Shown: piece after piece, positions 49,550 to 60,307 of the stretch
Numbering within the stretch: position 1 is the stretch's first letter
How the letters are laid out: each line of letters starts with the position of its first letter
DNA from: Pseudomonadota bacterium
GTDB lineage: Bacteria > Pseudomonadota > Alphaproteobacteria > Rhizobiales > Devosiaceae
Length of the DNA: 63,041 nucleotides
Reading direction: 5' to 3'
NCBI GenBank assembly: GCA_023437755.1
Contig: JAEZFJ010000097.1
Location: 1-63,041, forward strand
Notes under the pieces: generated by a model
Database searches by the model: none
The model's input: the letters and a program-made list of their open reading frames with translations, nothing else
What the model was told of the DNA's origin: nothing
Translations under genes and position numbers: made by a program

Positions 49550-52011
49550 GCGTCGCGACTCCGGCTCACGAGCAGGGCGGGCAGCGTCAGGAGGGCGGCG
49601 AGCAGGGACATGCCTATCGTGGCGACCGACGCCATGCCGAGGGAATACAGCGGCACGTAGTCAGACCGGATGAGCGTACCAAACCCCACGAGCGTGGTGA
49701 CGCCGGCCAGCAGCATCGCGGGGCCGACGAGGGCGATGGCCTGCTCGGCAGACGCGCGGTCGCGGCTCCGGAGGGTGGGGTGCACGAGGTGGATGCCGTA
49801 GTCCACGCCGATGCCGAGGAACATCAGCACGGCAAAGACGCTGAAGAGGTCCAGGACGACGCCGGCCCAGCCGAGGGCGCCGAGACCCCACACGAGCCCA
49901 AGGACCGTCGGGACCAGCGCGTAGAGCGTCGGCGTCACGGCCCGGAACTCGAGCCAGATGAGCAGCACCACCACCAGCGCCGCCACGCCGAGGCCCGCCG
50001 ACAACTCCCGCGGGAAGCGCTCGGCCAGCGACCGGTTGACGACGGGGATGCCCGTCAGCACCATCGACGGATGCTGCGCCACTGCCGCGCCGAGCGCGGA
50101 TCGCGCCGCTTCGTCCTCCGGCGTCACGTAAGTCACCGCGAACACGTTGCCATCGCGTGCCTCGGCCACGAAGCGCCCGACGAGATCGCCGAGCCCGGCG
50201 TCGCGATATCCGGCAAGCGTCAGCCGCGCGTCCGGATCGAGCAGCGTGTCGAGCTGTTGCCTGAACGGCGCGAACGTGCCGGGCACGAACCCCTGGGCAA
50301 GGGCCGCGGCATCGACCGCGTCCGCCGTGCCTCCGGCCATGCCACGCGCGCCGCCGATGGCCGCGGCGCGCCGCGCCTGCACCGCATCCGGCGGCAGGAG
50401 CGTCGCGGGCCCCGAGATTCGCAGCCCCGGCACGTCTCGAAGTGCCGTGTCGAGGGCCGCCGCCCGCTCGAGCGCGGGGCCGACGGACGCCGCGCGATCG
50501 ACCACCAGGTACACGTCACGCGGAAGCCCGAAGCGTTGACTGATCTCCTGCTCTACGACGAACCCGTCACCCTGCGGGCGCAGCCGCTCGAGCGCCGGAT
50601 CCACCTGCACACGCGTGAGTCCGGCCGCGAGCGGCACCGTGACGATGGCCGAGGCCACCAGGATGAGGCGCCGGTGCCTCGTGACGAAGCGCGCGAGCGA
50701 CGGAAGGGTCAGGTCACGAGCCCGCGTGGCCCACGAGGCCTGCGGTAACCCGGCGACGAGCACCGTGAGCGTCAGCACCGCCGTCAACAACACACCGAGG
50801 CCGACGATGAGCCCGAGCTGCTGCAGGCTCGGGAAGCTCATGAACCAGAGGCCGAGGAAGGTGGCCGTGGTGGTCACCGCTCCGAGCAGGATGCTCACGC
50901 CCGTCCCGCCGAGCCGGCCCACGGCCTGCTGCGGTGTCAGTCCGCGCGCCAGCGCCTCACGGTACGCCACAAACAACAGGACCAGCCCATCGTCGCCGAG
51001 GCCGAACAGCATGGCCGACGACCCCGTGGCCGCCGCCGACAACTCGACGCCCATCAGCTGATGCACGCCGAGCGTCACCATCGTGGCCAGGAGAATCGGC
51101 ACGCCGCCGAAGACCACCACCCAGATGCTGCGGAAGGCCAGGTAGAGCACGCCGAGAATGCCGATCGACGACCACACCGTGTTCGAGATGGCCTCGCTGC
51201 GCACGAGGGCCTCGGTCTCGATGGCCGTCCGATGGCCGCCGGCGACGTCGATGCGTGGCATCGGCAGCTCGTCGAGGGCGAGGCTCTCGGCCACCGACGC
51301 CACGGCCTCGGCGCGGGCGCCGTCCACGGCCTCGAGCAGGCGCCTCGCGTAGGTCGTGTCGAACGGCGGTCCGGTGGGGTGCACGAGCAGCAGCTGTGCC
51401 CGCCCATCCGCGGTGATGTAGCCGTCGGTGCGCCCAGGGTCAGTCTGCAGCGCGGCGGTCGCGCCGCCGAGCGTCGGCCGCAGCAACTCGAACCAGCCCA
51501 GGGGATCGCGCTGCACGAGCGCCTTGATCTCGGGCGAGGCCAGTGCCAACAGGTCGCGCGCCGCGGCGACGCGGGCCTCCACACTGTCTGGATGCATCCG
51601 CGCCAGTGCCTCCTCGAGCGTGCCATCGTCGAGCAGCAGCAGCTGGCGGCTGGTGAGGTAGGTCCAGTCCTTGTCGGGATCGAGCGGGCCGGCGTCCACG
51701 CGGACGACGTCGGGCAGCGCCCGCAGCCGTTCGGTGAGCGCGGCCACCAGGTCGCGGTAGTCGTCGATGCCGTAGCCGTCGGGCGCCTCGACGAAGACAT
51801 AGAGCGCATCCAGACTGCCGAACGTGTCGAGATAGTCGCCGAAGGCCTGCACGGCGCCTTCGTCGCGCGGCATCAGGTGCAGCACGTCGGCGTCGAACCG
51901 CAAGCGGCTCAAGGGGACGAGGCTTGCCAGTGCCACGACCGCGGCGAGCGCCAGCACGGCCACTCGGCGCGAACGCGCCCACGACATGAGGGCCTGGACT
52001 GCAGCGAGCAC
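49546..52011 (-). CDS. MMPL/RND lipid exporter
   Basis: Two TM blocks with FGLGDDG and GIGVDYGIH; TTLVGFGTL. Confidence 0.9.
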   Translation of the reverse strand: MLAAVQALMSWARSRRVAVLALAAVVALASLVPLSRLRFDADVLHLMPRDEGAVQAFGDYLDTFGSLDALYVFVEAPDGYGIDDYRDLVAALTERLRALPDVVRVDAGPLDPDKDWTYLTSRQLLLLDDGTLEEALARMHPDSVEARVAAARDLLALASPEIKALVQRDPLGWFELLRPTLGGATAALQTDPGRTDGYITADGRAQLLLVHPTGPPFDTTYARRLLEAVDGARAEAVASVAESLALDELPMPRIDVAGGHRTAIETEALVRSEAISNTVWSSIGILGVLYLAFRSIWVVVFGGVPILLATMVTLGVHQLMGVELSAAATGSSAMLFGLGDDGLVLLFVAYREALARGLTPQQAVGRLGGTGVSILLGAVTTTATFLGLWFMSFPSLQQLGLIVGLGVLLTAVLTLTVLVAGLPQASWATRARDLTLPSLARFVTRHRRLILVASAIVTVPLAAGLTRVQVDPALERLRPQGDGFVVEQEISQRFGLPRDVYLVVDRAASVGPALERAAALDTALRDVPGLRISGPATLLPPDAVQARRAAAIGGARGMAGGTADAVDAAALAQGFVPGTFAPFRQQLDTLLDPDARLTLAGYRDAGLGDLVGRFVAEARDGNVFAVTYVTPEDEAARSALGAAVAQHPSMVLTGIPVVNRSLAERFPRELSAGLGVAALVVVLLIWLEFRAVTPTLYALVPTVLGLVWGLGALGWAGVVLDLFSVFAVLMFLGIGVDYGIHLVHPTLRSRDRASAEQAIALVGPAMLLAGVTTLVGFGTLIRSDYVPLYSLGMASVATIGMSLLAALLTLPALLVSRSRDA

Positions 52012-52020
52012 GCGAGGCGA

Positions 52021-52680
52021 CTAGCGGCCGGGCGCCGTGAACACGGCGGGGTCCACGACGGGGTTGACGACCACGTCGCTGAAGTCCATGCGTCGGCGGT
52101 CTCCGCCCGGCAGATCCATTTCGAGCGACTCGAGCAGCAGCGACTGCTGGCCGATCCAGAGGTGCAGGCGTTCGAGGCCCTCGCGCAGTTGCCGCCGGCG
52201 AGGCACGAAGGTGACCTTCCACGTAGACGGACGGTCTTCATCGACCACCGCGGTGATGTCGAACAGCTTGCGCAGCTCGTCGGGCGACTTGCCGACGATG
52301 GTTCGCGTGGCACGCTGCAGCGCCGACCGGACGTCGCGGCTCTCGTGCAGTTGCCGCGCGGGCCAGTCCACCGTCATGCGGCCGTCGGTGATGCGGACGA
52401 CGCGCGGGTCGGGGTGCTCGTAGGTCAACACGACGTTCGACGGCCGTTCTGCCACGACCCGGCCGCGCAGCACGAGGGGGCGCGACAGCAGGGTCGAGGT
52501 GGTCGTCTCGACGAAGGACGCCGACACGGTCTTCAGCGAGGCCTCCATGGGGGCCCCGCGGCGGTAGATCTCGTCGAACAGATCGTCGGCCTGCGGGCGC
52601 GTCGTCGCGGGGCCCAGCAGGGCCACGACAAGTGCCAGGACGGCAGCACGGGAGGGGCGGAGGCCGAATTGTGAGGCCAT
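52021..52680 (-). CDS. LolA-like periplasmic lipid carrier
   Basis: Signal peptide; SLKTVSASFVET...GRVVAERP...Y..P; WIGQQSLL; VNPVVDPAVF. Confidence 0.82.
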   Translation of the reverse strand: MASQFGLRPSRAAVLALVVALLGPATTRPQADDLFDEIYRRGAPMEASLKTVSASFVETTTSTLLSRPLVLRGRVVAERPSNVVLTYEHPDPRVVRITDGRMTVDWPARQLHESRDVRSALQRATRTIVGKSPDELRKLFDITAVVDEDRPSTWKVTFVPRRRQLREGLERLHLWIGQQSLLLESLEMDLPGGDRRRMDFSDVVVNPVVDPAVFTAPGR

Positions 52681-52686
52681 GAATCG

Positions 52687-52698
52687 AAATGGTAACGT
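52687..52698. promoter_or_regulatory. overlapping divergent -10 hexamers (TAACGT on +, TACCAT on -)
   Basis: TAACGT lies 7 nt before GTG52706; TACCAT lies 8 nt before ATG52680 on the minus strand; no SD on either side. Confidence 0.45.
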
Positions 52699-52705
52699 AC
52701 CGGCC

Positions 52706-53938
52706 GTGCGACGGCGGACGGTAATCACGAGCGTCGCGGCATTTTCACCGGCGGGTGTGGAGGTGGACGCGTTCGGTGCGGCCTTGCTCGCCGGCCAGCC
52801 CCTCCACCGGCCCATCACCTCGTTCGACACGGCGGCGCTCACGTCGAAGCAGGCCGCCGAGATGCTCGATTTCGACGCGTCGCGCGTGATCGCGCCGATG
52901 AAGCTGCGCCGCATGGACGAGGTGGGCCGCCTCGCGGTGGCCGCGGCACACCACCTCATGGAGGCGGCGGGGCTGGACGTCGCCGGCGGCGGGCACGACG
53001 CGCTCGGCGTGGTGCTCGGCACTTGCACGTGTGGCGTCCACAGCACGGGCGAGTTCCTCGACCGTCTCCAGGATCTCGGCCCGACCGGCGCGCCCGCGCT
53101 GCTGTTCAGCAACACGGTCGGCAACGCCGCCGCGAGCCTCGTGGCGCTCGAGTACCGCTTGCGCGGACCCAACACCACCGTCAGCTACAAGGAGGTGTCC
53201 GGCCTGGCTGCCGTGGCGCTGGCCACAGACCTGCTGCGCCGCGGCAAGGCCGAGGCGCTGCTGTGCGGCGGCGCCGAGGACATCTACGACCTCTACTTCG
53301 AAGTCCACGACTGGTTCGGCGTGTTGTCGCATGAGGGTGAGCACCCGGAAGGCGCCCGTCCCTTCGATCGCACCCGCAACGGGTTCGTGATGGGTGAAGG
53401 CGCGTACCTCGTGATGCTCGAGGATGCCGCCGCGGCCGAGGCCAGGGGAGCGTCGGCGGTCGCAGAGATCGTCGGCATCGGCGCCTCGAGCGCGGTCACG
53501 CCGCTGAACGCCTGGCCGACCGACAGCGAGGCGTTGGCTTTCTGCCTGCAAAGTGCGCTCGACGATGCCGGGGTGACCCCTGGCGAGGTGGGCGCCGTGT
53601 ATGCCGCGGCCAACGGCTCACCCGTGCTGGACGCGACAGAGGCAGCGGCACTTGCCACGGTGTTCGGCGGCCACGACGTGCCCATCACATCGGTCAAGGC
53701 CATCACGGGGGAGGGCGGCATGGCAGCGACCGGCGCACTCGTCGGCGCGGTCGTGTGCGGCGCGCAGGGGCTCGTGCCCCCGGTGGCGGGGCTGACGAGC
53801 CCTGACCCCTCGCTTCCCGCGCTCGACTTCGTGCGGCACGCGCCTCGTCCCTTGCGCTCGCCCCATGTCGTGGTGAACGGCGTCGCAAGCGGCGGCACGC
53901 TCTACAGCCTGGTGGTCCGCACGGCACGCACGCCCTGA
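52706..53938 (+). CDS. non-catalytic ketosynthase homolog (chain-length factor)
   Basis: KS motifs (RPFDRTRNGFVMGEGA) but catalytic triad lost: SYKEVSG for TACSS, YAAANG for NAHGT, TGEG for IGH. Confidence 0.85.
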   Translation: MRRRTVITSVAAFSPAGVEVDAFGAALLAGQPLHRPITSFDTAALTSKQAAEMLDFDASRVIAPMKLRRMDEVGRLAVAAAHHLMEAAGLDVAGGGHDALGVVLGTCTCGVHSTGEFLDRLQDLGPTGAPALLFSNTVGNAAASLVALEYRLRGPNTTVSYKEVSGLAAVALATDLLRRGKAEALLCGGAEDIYDLYFEVHDWFGVLSHEGEHPEGARPFDRTRNGFVMGEGAYLVMLEDAAAAEARGASAVAEIVGIGASSAVTPLNAWPTDSEALAFCLQSALDDAGVTPGEVGAVYAAANGSPVLDATEAAALATVFGGHDVPITSVKAITGEGGMAATGALVGAVVCGAQGLVPPVAGLTSPDPSLPALDFVRHAPRPLRSPHVVVNGVASGGTLYSLVVRTARTP

Positions 53939-54107
53939 CGGTTGCGCGCTCACGCGGCGCCGTGACATCCTCCGCGCCCACGCCCGTCCAGCTCGACCCG
54001 CCCGACGTTAACTCCGTTCAGCTGCGCGTCCGCGTACGGCCACGACCGGCGACCTACGGTACACTTGTGTGTTCGGCCCGTGGTGCGGGACCGGATGGGG
54101 TTGCAAC

Positions 54108-54863
<756 letters not shown>

Positions 54864-54880
54864 CCGTGCAGACAGGACAC

Positions 54881-55138
54881 ATGGACACACTTCGAACCGA
54901 CATCAAGCAGGCCATCGTCCGAGCGCTGAAGCTCCCGATGCAGCCGGAAGACATCGACAACGCCGCCCCGCTCTTCGGCGAGGGCCTGGGACTCGACTCG
55001 ATCGACGCCCTCGAACTCGTGCTCGAAATCGAACGCTCGTTCGGCGTGGTCATCGGTGACGAAGAGACCGGCGGCAAGGTGCTGCAGTCGGTCGACAGCA
55101 TCGCGGCGTTCATCGAGGCACAGCGCAAGACGGCGTAG
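54881..55138 (+). CDS. acyl carrier protein (aryl-polyene ApeE-like)
   Basis: PLFGEGLGLDSIDALEL; alternative start 54860 overlaps the fabG stop. Confidence 0.92.
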   Translation: MDTLRTDIKQAIVRALKLPMQPEDIDNAAPLFGEGLGLDSIDALELVLEIERSFGVVIGDEETGGKVLQSVDSIAAFIEAQRKTA

Positions 55139-55984
55139 GTGGCCAGCAACGCCTTCACGGTCGACGTCGAGGACTGGTTCCACATCTGCGGCGTCGACGA
55201 CCGGCTGCCACCTGCGGCATGGCCGAGCCTGCCGAGCCGCGTGGGTGACACCACCCGCTGGCTGCTCGACGATCTCGCACGTGCGGACGTGACGGCGACC
55301 TTCTTCGTCGTGGGGTGGGTGGCCGAGCGCTTTCCGACGCTCGTCGCAGACATCGCCTCCGCAGGTCATGAGATCGGGGCGCACAGCTACGGACACCAGC
55401 GCGCGTGGGAGCTTGGCCCTGACGCGTTCGCGGCGGACCTCACACGCAACCTCGCCGCGCTCGAGCGGGCGGGCGTCAGCGACGTCACGGCCTTTCGCGC
55501 CCCCGAGTGGTCTGCCAACGACCGCGTGCCGTGGGCGCCTGGCCTGCTGCGGCAGGCAGGGTTTGCGGTCGATGCCAGCCGGGCGCCGGTGCCTGTCGTG
55601 GGCTCTCGCCGCTATCCCCGACGCCCCTACCCGCTCGCCACACCAGAGGGCCCCATCCTCGAGGTGCCGCCGCTCGTCGTCGACCGCTGTGGCTGGCCGT
55701 ACCCGCTCGGCTGGGGATGGGCCCTGCGTCATGCCAGGCCGCACCTCGTGGCGCGGGCGATCGACGTCCTGAACCGCAGGGGCGACCCGGCGGTCGTCAC
55801 CGTGCACCCGTGGGAAATCGACCCGCACCCGCCGCGCGTGCGTCTGCCGCTGCCGCTGGCCTTTGCGCACTACCACCGCCTCGGCGGCTTCAGGAGCCGG
55901 CTGCGCGATTTGCTCGCCTCGGTGGATTTCGGACCGATGCGCGCCTTGCCCGACGTGCAACGCTGGAGGCAGCCGTGGGGGTGA
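55139..55984 (+). CDS. polysaccharide deacetylase (CE4, DUF3473-type)
   Basis: TVDVEDWFH; ATFFVVGWVAE; HEIGAHSYGH; FRAP; HPWEID. Confidence 0.9.
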   Translation: MASNAFTVDVEDWFHICGVDDRLPPAAWPSLPSRVGDTTRWLLDDLARADVTATFFVVGWVAERFPTLVADIASAGHEIGAHSYGHQRAWELGPDAFAADLTRNLAALERAGVSDVTAFRAPEWSANDRVPWAPGLLRQAGFAVDASRAPVPVVGSRRYPRRPYPLATPEGPILEVPPLVVDRCGWPYPLGWGWALRHARPHLVARAIDVLNRRGDPAVVTVHPWEIDPHPPRVRLPLPLAFAHYHRLGGFRSRLRDLLASVDFGPMRALPDVQRWRQPWG

Positions 55985-58890
55985 CCTCGCACGCTTTCGT
56001 GCGTGCGTGGCGTCGGGTTGCGGCCCTGGTGACGGCAGCCGTCGTGATGGCGTCGGTTTCCGCCTACGCGCAGGAGCCCGTCGCGCTGCCTCCGGTGGTA
56101 CTCGAAGCCGATGCGCACGCCCCGCTGCCGGCCACGATTGACCTCACGACACTGCCGGTCGCGTGGCGCGTCCACGCGGATGGCGACGTCGCGGTCGCTA
56201 CCGTGGACGGTCTTGCGAGCCTGGTGGATCAGCAGGCGCCTCGCGGGGCCGTCTGGCTCACCATGCGGCCGTCCTCGCTCGACCCCGCAGACGTGCCGTC
56301 ACTCGTGCGCACCGTTCGCGAGCTCGTCGTCGCCCGTCCGGCCATCGTCGTCGTGGACCTCGACCTGCTGGCGCTCGAGAGCCGCGTGGCCGACTTCTTC
56401 ACGAGGCAACTGGCCGTGGAGGTGAAGGCGGCTCGTGGCGACGTCGCGCTTGCGCGCCACGGCCCTGCCGACCCCGCCGAGGTCGGTCGCCTCGTCGACA
56501 CCGGTGTCGCTCCACTCGTGGACGTGCTCGTGATCCCGACAGCGTCCGAGGTGGCCCCTGTCCGAGCGGAGGTCGCCGCGAGGGGTGCCGGCATACGTGT
56601 CGCCCAACTGAGGCGGCCGCTCGATGTCGAGCCCGCTGCCGCCCTGGCCCGCCACGAGACCGACCGGCCTGGCCGTGGACCGGATGTGCGCGGCTACGTC
56701 GTCGAGCACGCCGACGACCTCCCGTCAGTCCTGCGCACCCTCGGCGCGCTGCGGCGGCTGCTCGACGAGGACGTCACCGACGTGGCTGCCGAACTGTCCG
56801 TGCGAGTCGACGGTCGGGACGTCGCCGCTGACTGGACCGCGCGGGTGTTGTTCGGTGTGGAGTCGCTCGGCACCTTTGCGGTGCTCGACGTCCCGACGGA
56901 CGTGGTGGGCCGCGACGTGACCCTGCGGCTGGTCTCGCCGATGGCGGGTGAGGTGGTCCTCGTGGATCCGGTCCGCGGCGTCGAACGGGCCGTGCCGTCG
57001 CAACGCGACGAGGAGGCACAAGCGACGCGCGTGACGGTCGCGTTTCCTGCGGGCGGACGGTGGCTCATCGACTTCAACCGTGACGCCGATGCGTCGTTCG
57101 TCCAGCGGGAGGGCGTGACCGCGGCGCGTCAACTGACGCTCGAAGAGATTCTGGCCCGCCACCAGTTGCGGCAGGCGGCCGACCGCCTGGCCGTCCGGCA
57201 CTACGTCGCCGACGGGACGATGCAGCAGTACTTCAGGCCCACCGTCACGGACCCCGGCTTCGACGTCTTCACCGAGAACCGCTACTACGTGGACGCTGAC
57301 GGGCTCGAATGGGAGGAGCTGTCGTTTTCGGTCAACGGCGCACGCTGGGACCGGGATCGCCCGCCGTTTCCGCTGCTGCAGCCCGAGAAGGTGCTCGCCC
57401 CGCCTCTGGTCATCGAACTCGACGACCGCTACAGGTACCGGCTGGACGGCACCGACGAGCTGGACGGCATCGCGTGTTACGTCGTCCGCTTCGATCCCGT
57501 CGACGACGAGGCGAGTCTCTATCGGGGCGCCGTGTGGATTGCGCGTGACTCCTTCGCGCGCGTCCGCCAGCAGGTGGTGCAGACCAACCTGTCGGCGCCG
57601 GTCGTGTCGAACGACGAGACGCAGTGGTTTGCGCCGGTCGCGCTGCCTGGCGGACGCGAGGTCTTCCTGCCGTCCCGCATGTACAACCAGCAGCTCGTGT
57701 TGATTGCCGGGAGGAACCTGCTCGTCGAGCGGCGCATGACCTTCGGCAACCATGTCGTCAACGGCGCCGACTTCGCGGACCGGCGGACCGAGGCACGGCG
57801 CAGCGACCGGCTGATGTACCGCGATACCGACGCCGGCATCCGCGACTTCGTCAAGGAAGGCGACACCCGGGTCGTGAGCGACAGGCGGACGACAAGGGCG
57901 AAGGCGCAGGCCATCGGCGTCACGATCGATCCGAGCTACGACTTTCCGCTGCCGATCCTCGGCATCAACTACCTGAACTTCGAGTTCCTCGGCCGCAAGG
58001 ACACGCAACTGGCGCTGCTGTTTGGCGGCGTGCTCGCGGCCGGCAACCTGCAGCGCCCACAACTCATCGGACGACGTATCGACCTGAACGTCGATTTCTT
58101 CGCCATTGCGGCGCCGGGCTCGGACCGGCTGTACGTGCCCGAGGGCGAACGCGAGGGGGAGCGCCTGCTGACCTGGCCGATGTCGACCGGCGTGAACCTC
58201 GGGTTCCAGGCGACGAGTTACCAGAAGCTCACCGGTCAGTTCCACTTCCGTTTCGACGGGTTCGTGCGCGACCGGACGACCGATGCCGACTACGTCACGC
58301 CGAGCAGTACGGTGACCAACGGGCTGGGGCTGCTGTACGAGTATCGCCGCGGCGGCTACAACGTCACCGCGAGCGGTGTGTGGAGTCGTCGTGCCGCCTG
58401 GCGGCCCTGGGGCCAGGCCGATGCGCTGCAGGTGTCGTCGCCAGACTACGAGAAGTACGCCGTCAACGCCACCAAGACGTTCTACATGGGGCCGTTCCGC
58501 AAGGTCGTGGTGAACGGCGCGTGGTTCACGGGTCGCCGGCTCGACCGCTTCAGCCGCTACCAGTTCGGGCTGTTCGATGAAACCCGCCTGCGCGGCGTGC
58601 CGTCGTCTGGCGTCAGGTACGGCGAGCTGGCGATGGCGCGTGCGCAGTACTCGTTCAACGTGTTCGAGCAGTACCGCCTCGACCTCTTCCTGGACCGCGC
58701 CTGGGGACGCACGCGCGATCTCGGCGTCCCATGGGAAGGGATCACCGGCGTGGGTGCGGCCGTGAACGTGCGCATCCCGGGCCGAAATCTCATCCTTCGC
58801 GCCGACGTGGGGAAGAGCTTCCTGCCCGACCGCTACCGACGTCTCGGGTCGACGGTGGTGCAGGTGCTGTTTCTGCGGCCGTTGAAGTAG
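55981..58890 (+). CDS. 969-aa secreted protein with predicted LolA/RseB-like middle domain and C-terminal beta-barrel
   Basis: GTGA overlap with the deacetylase; signal ...SAYA-Q; YRYRLDGTDELDG..CYVVRFDP...YRGAVWI; last ~300 aa show alternating aromatic/Gly strands. Confidence 0.7.
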   Translation: MTSHAFVRAWRRVAALVTAAVVMASVSAYAQEPVALPPVVLEADAHAPLPATIDLTTLPVAWRVHADGDVAVATVDGLASLVDQQAPRGAVWLTMRPSSLDPADVPSLVRTVRELVVARPAIVVVDLDLLALESRVADFFTRQLAVEVKAARGDVALARHGPADPAEVGRLVDTGVAPLVDVLVIPTASEVAPVRAEVAARGAGIRVAQLRRPLDVEPAAALARHETDRPGRGPDVRGYVVEHADDLPSVLRTLGALRRLLDEDVTDVAAELSVRVDGRDVAADWTARVLFGVESLGTFAVLDVPTDVVGRDVTLRLVSPMAGEVVLVDPVRGVERAVPSQRDEEAQATRVTVAFPAGGRWLIDFNRDADASFVQREGVTAARQLTLEEILARHQLRQAADRLAVRHYVADGTMQQYFRPTVTDPGFDVFTENRYYVDADGLEWEELSFSVNGARWDRDRPPFPLLQPEKVLAPPLVIELDDRYRYRLDGTDELDGIACYVVRFDPVDDEASLYRGAVWIARDSFARVRQQVVQTNLSAPVVSNDETQWFAPVALPGGREVFLPSRMYNQQLVLIAGRNLLVERRMTFGNHVVNGADFADRRTEARRSDRLMYRDTDAGIRDFVKEGDTRVVSDRRTTRAKAQAIGVTIDPSYDFPLPILGINYLNFEFLGRKDTQLALLFGGVLAAGNLQRPQLIGRRIDLNVDFFAIAAPGSDRLYVPEGEREGERLLTWPMSTGVNLGFQATSYQKLTGQFHFRFDGFVRDRTTDADYVTPSSTVTNGLGLLYEYRRGGYNVTASGVWSRRAAWRPWGQADALQVSSPDYEKYAVNATKTFYMGPFRKVVVNGAWFTGRRLDRFSRYQFGLFDETRLRGVPSSGVRYGELAMARAQYSFNVFEQYRLDLFLDRAWGRTRDLGVPWEGITGVGAAVNVRIPGRNLILRADVGKSFLPDRYRRLGSTVVQVLFLRPLK

Positions 58891-58903
58891 GCTGGAACCG
58901 TCA

Positions 58904-58982
58904 CGATCCCCGATCCGCGATCCGCGGTCCGCGATCCCCGATCCGCGATCCCCGATCCGCGATCCCCGATTCCCCGATCCCC
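58904..58982 (+). repeat. heptamer tandem array (cgatccc/cgatccg, ~11 units)
   Basis: Read directly; abuts the KS start codon. Confidence 0.9.
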
Positions 58983-60200
58983 ATGGCCCACCCCCGCATC
59001 GCGATTACCGGCATCGGCATCATCTGTGCCTTGGGCGCCACGCGCGAGGCCGTCTGGCGACACATGCTGGAGGGGATGTGCGGCATCGGCCCGGTGTCGC
59101 AGTTCGACACGGAGGGGTATCGCAGCCGAATCGCGGCCGAGGTAGACCTGACGGCCGCGCAGGCGGCCTGCACCCCTTATCAACGTCGCAGGTGGTCACG
59201 CAGCGACCTCATGGCCGTCGTGGCCGCCACCGAAGCCCTGGACGATGCGGGACTGGCAGGCGCGGGGATGGACACGCGCCGGGTGGGGGTGCTGCTTGGC
59301 GCGGGCACGGGCGACCTGCTGCGCAATGAAGAGTATTACTTCACGATGCGCCGCGCGGGCATCGATCGTGCCAGGCCCTCGTGGATCCACAACCACTTCT
59401 CGAGCACGCCGGTGGATGTCGTGGCCAGCCACTTCGGCCTGCAGGGCCTGCGCAACTGCCTGATGGCGGCGTGTTCCTCGAGCACGATTGCGATCGGGCA
59501 GGCCGTGGATGCCATCCGCAGTGGGCGTCTCGACGCTGCGCTGGCCGGCGGCACCGACGCGCTCTCGCGCCTGACCTTTGCGGGCTTCAACGCCCTGCGG
59601 CTGATGGACCCGGAGCCCTGCCGCCCCTTCGACGCCTCGCGGAACGGCATGAACATCGGGGAAGGCGCGGCCATTCTCGTGCTCGAGGACATGGACCGCG
59701 CTAGGGCACGAGGGGCGCACGTGTACGCGGAACTGGCTGGTTACGGGTTGAGTTGTGAGGCGCACCATCCGACCGCGCCCGAGCCTGAGGGTGTGGCCAT
59801 CGGCACGACGCTGCGGACGGCCCTCGAGGATGCGGGCGTGCATCCCGACGAGGTGGACCACGTCAACGCACACGGCACGGCGACGCCCCAGAACGACCGC
59901 GCGGAGGCGCGCGGCCTCGAGGTGGCCTTCGGCGCGCGTGGACGACGGCTGCCGGTCACGTCGGTGAAGGGCATGATTGGTCACTGCCTCGGCGCTGCAG
60001 GGGCTCTCGAGGCGGCCGCGCTCGCGCTCACGCTCGAACGTGGCGTGATACCTCCCACGATCCACCACGGCACCACCGATCCCGAGTGCCGAGTCGACGT
60101 CGTCGCCAACACGCCGCGCGAGGTGGGCGTCTCGTGTGCCGTGTCGCTGTCGCTCGCCTTCGGCGGCAACGACTCGGCGCTGGTGATGCGGCGGGTCTGA
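58983..60200 (+). CDS. beta-ketoacyl-ACP synthase (active KS, FabF-like)
   Basis: AACSSS; NAHGTATPQND; SVKGMIGHCLGAAG; AFGGN. Confidence 0.95.
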   Translation: MAHPRIAITGIGIICALGATREAVWRHMLEGMCGIGPVSQFDTEGYRSRIAAEVDLTAAQAACTPYQRRRWSRSDLMAVVAATEALDDAGLAGAGMDTRRVGVLLGAGTGDLLRNEEYYFTMRRAGIDRARPSWIHNHFSSTPVDVVASHFGLQGLRNCLMAACSSSTIAIGQAVDAIRSGRLDAALAGGTDALSRLTFAGFNALRLMDPEPCRPFDASRNGMNIGEGAAILVLEDMDRARARGAHVYAELAGYGLSCEAHHPTAPEPEGVAIGTTLRTALEDAGVHPDEVDHVNAHGTATPQNDRAEARGLEVAFGARGRRLPVTSVKGMIGHCLGAAGALEAAALALTLERGVIPPTIHHGTTDPECRVDVVANTPREVGVSCAVSLSLAFGGNDSALVMRRV

Positions 60201-60204
60201 GGCG

Positions 60205-60266
60205 TACGCCTCACGCCTCACGCCTTACGCCTTACGCCTCACGCCTTACGCCGCGCCTCACGCCTG
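60205..60266 (+). repeat. heptamer tandem array (cgcctca/cgcctta)
   Basis: Read directly. Confidence 0.85.
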
Positions 60267-60307
60267 ACCCGCGCGGGCGCTGACCGTCCGGGCGTATACT
60301 CCGCGCC

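Noticed and set aside
52706..53938. KS pseudogene
   Set aside because: Full-length intact frame with targeted loss of the catalytic triad, typical of a chain-length factor.
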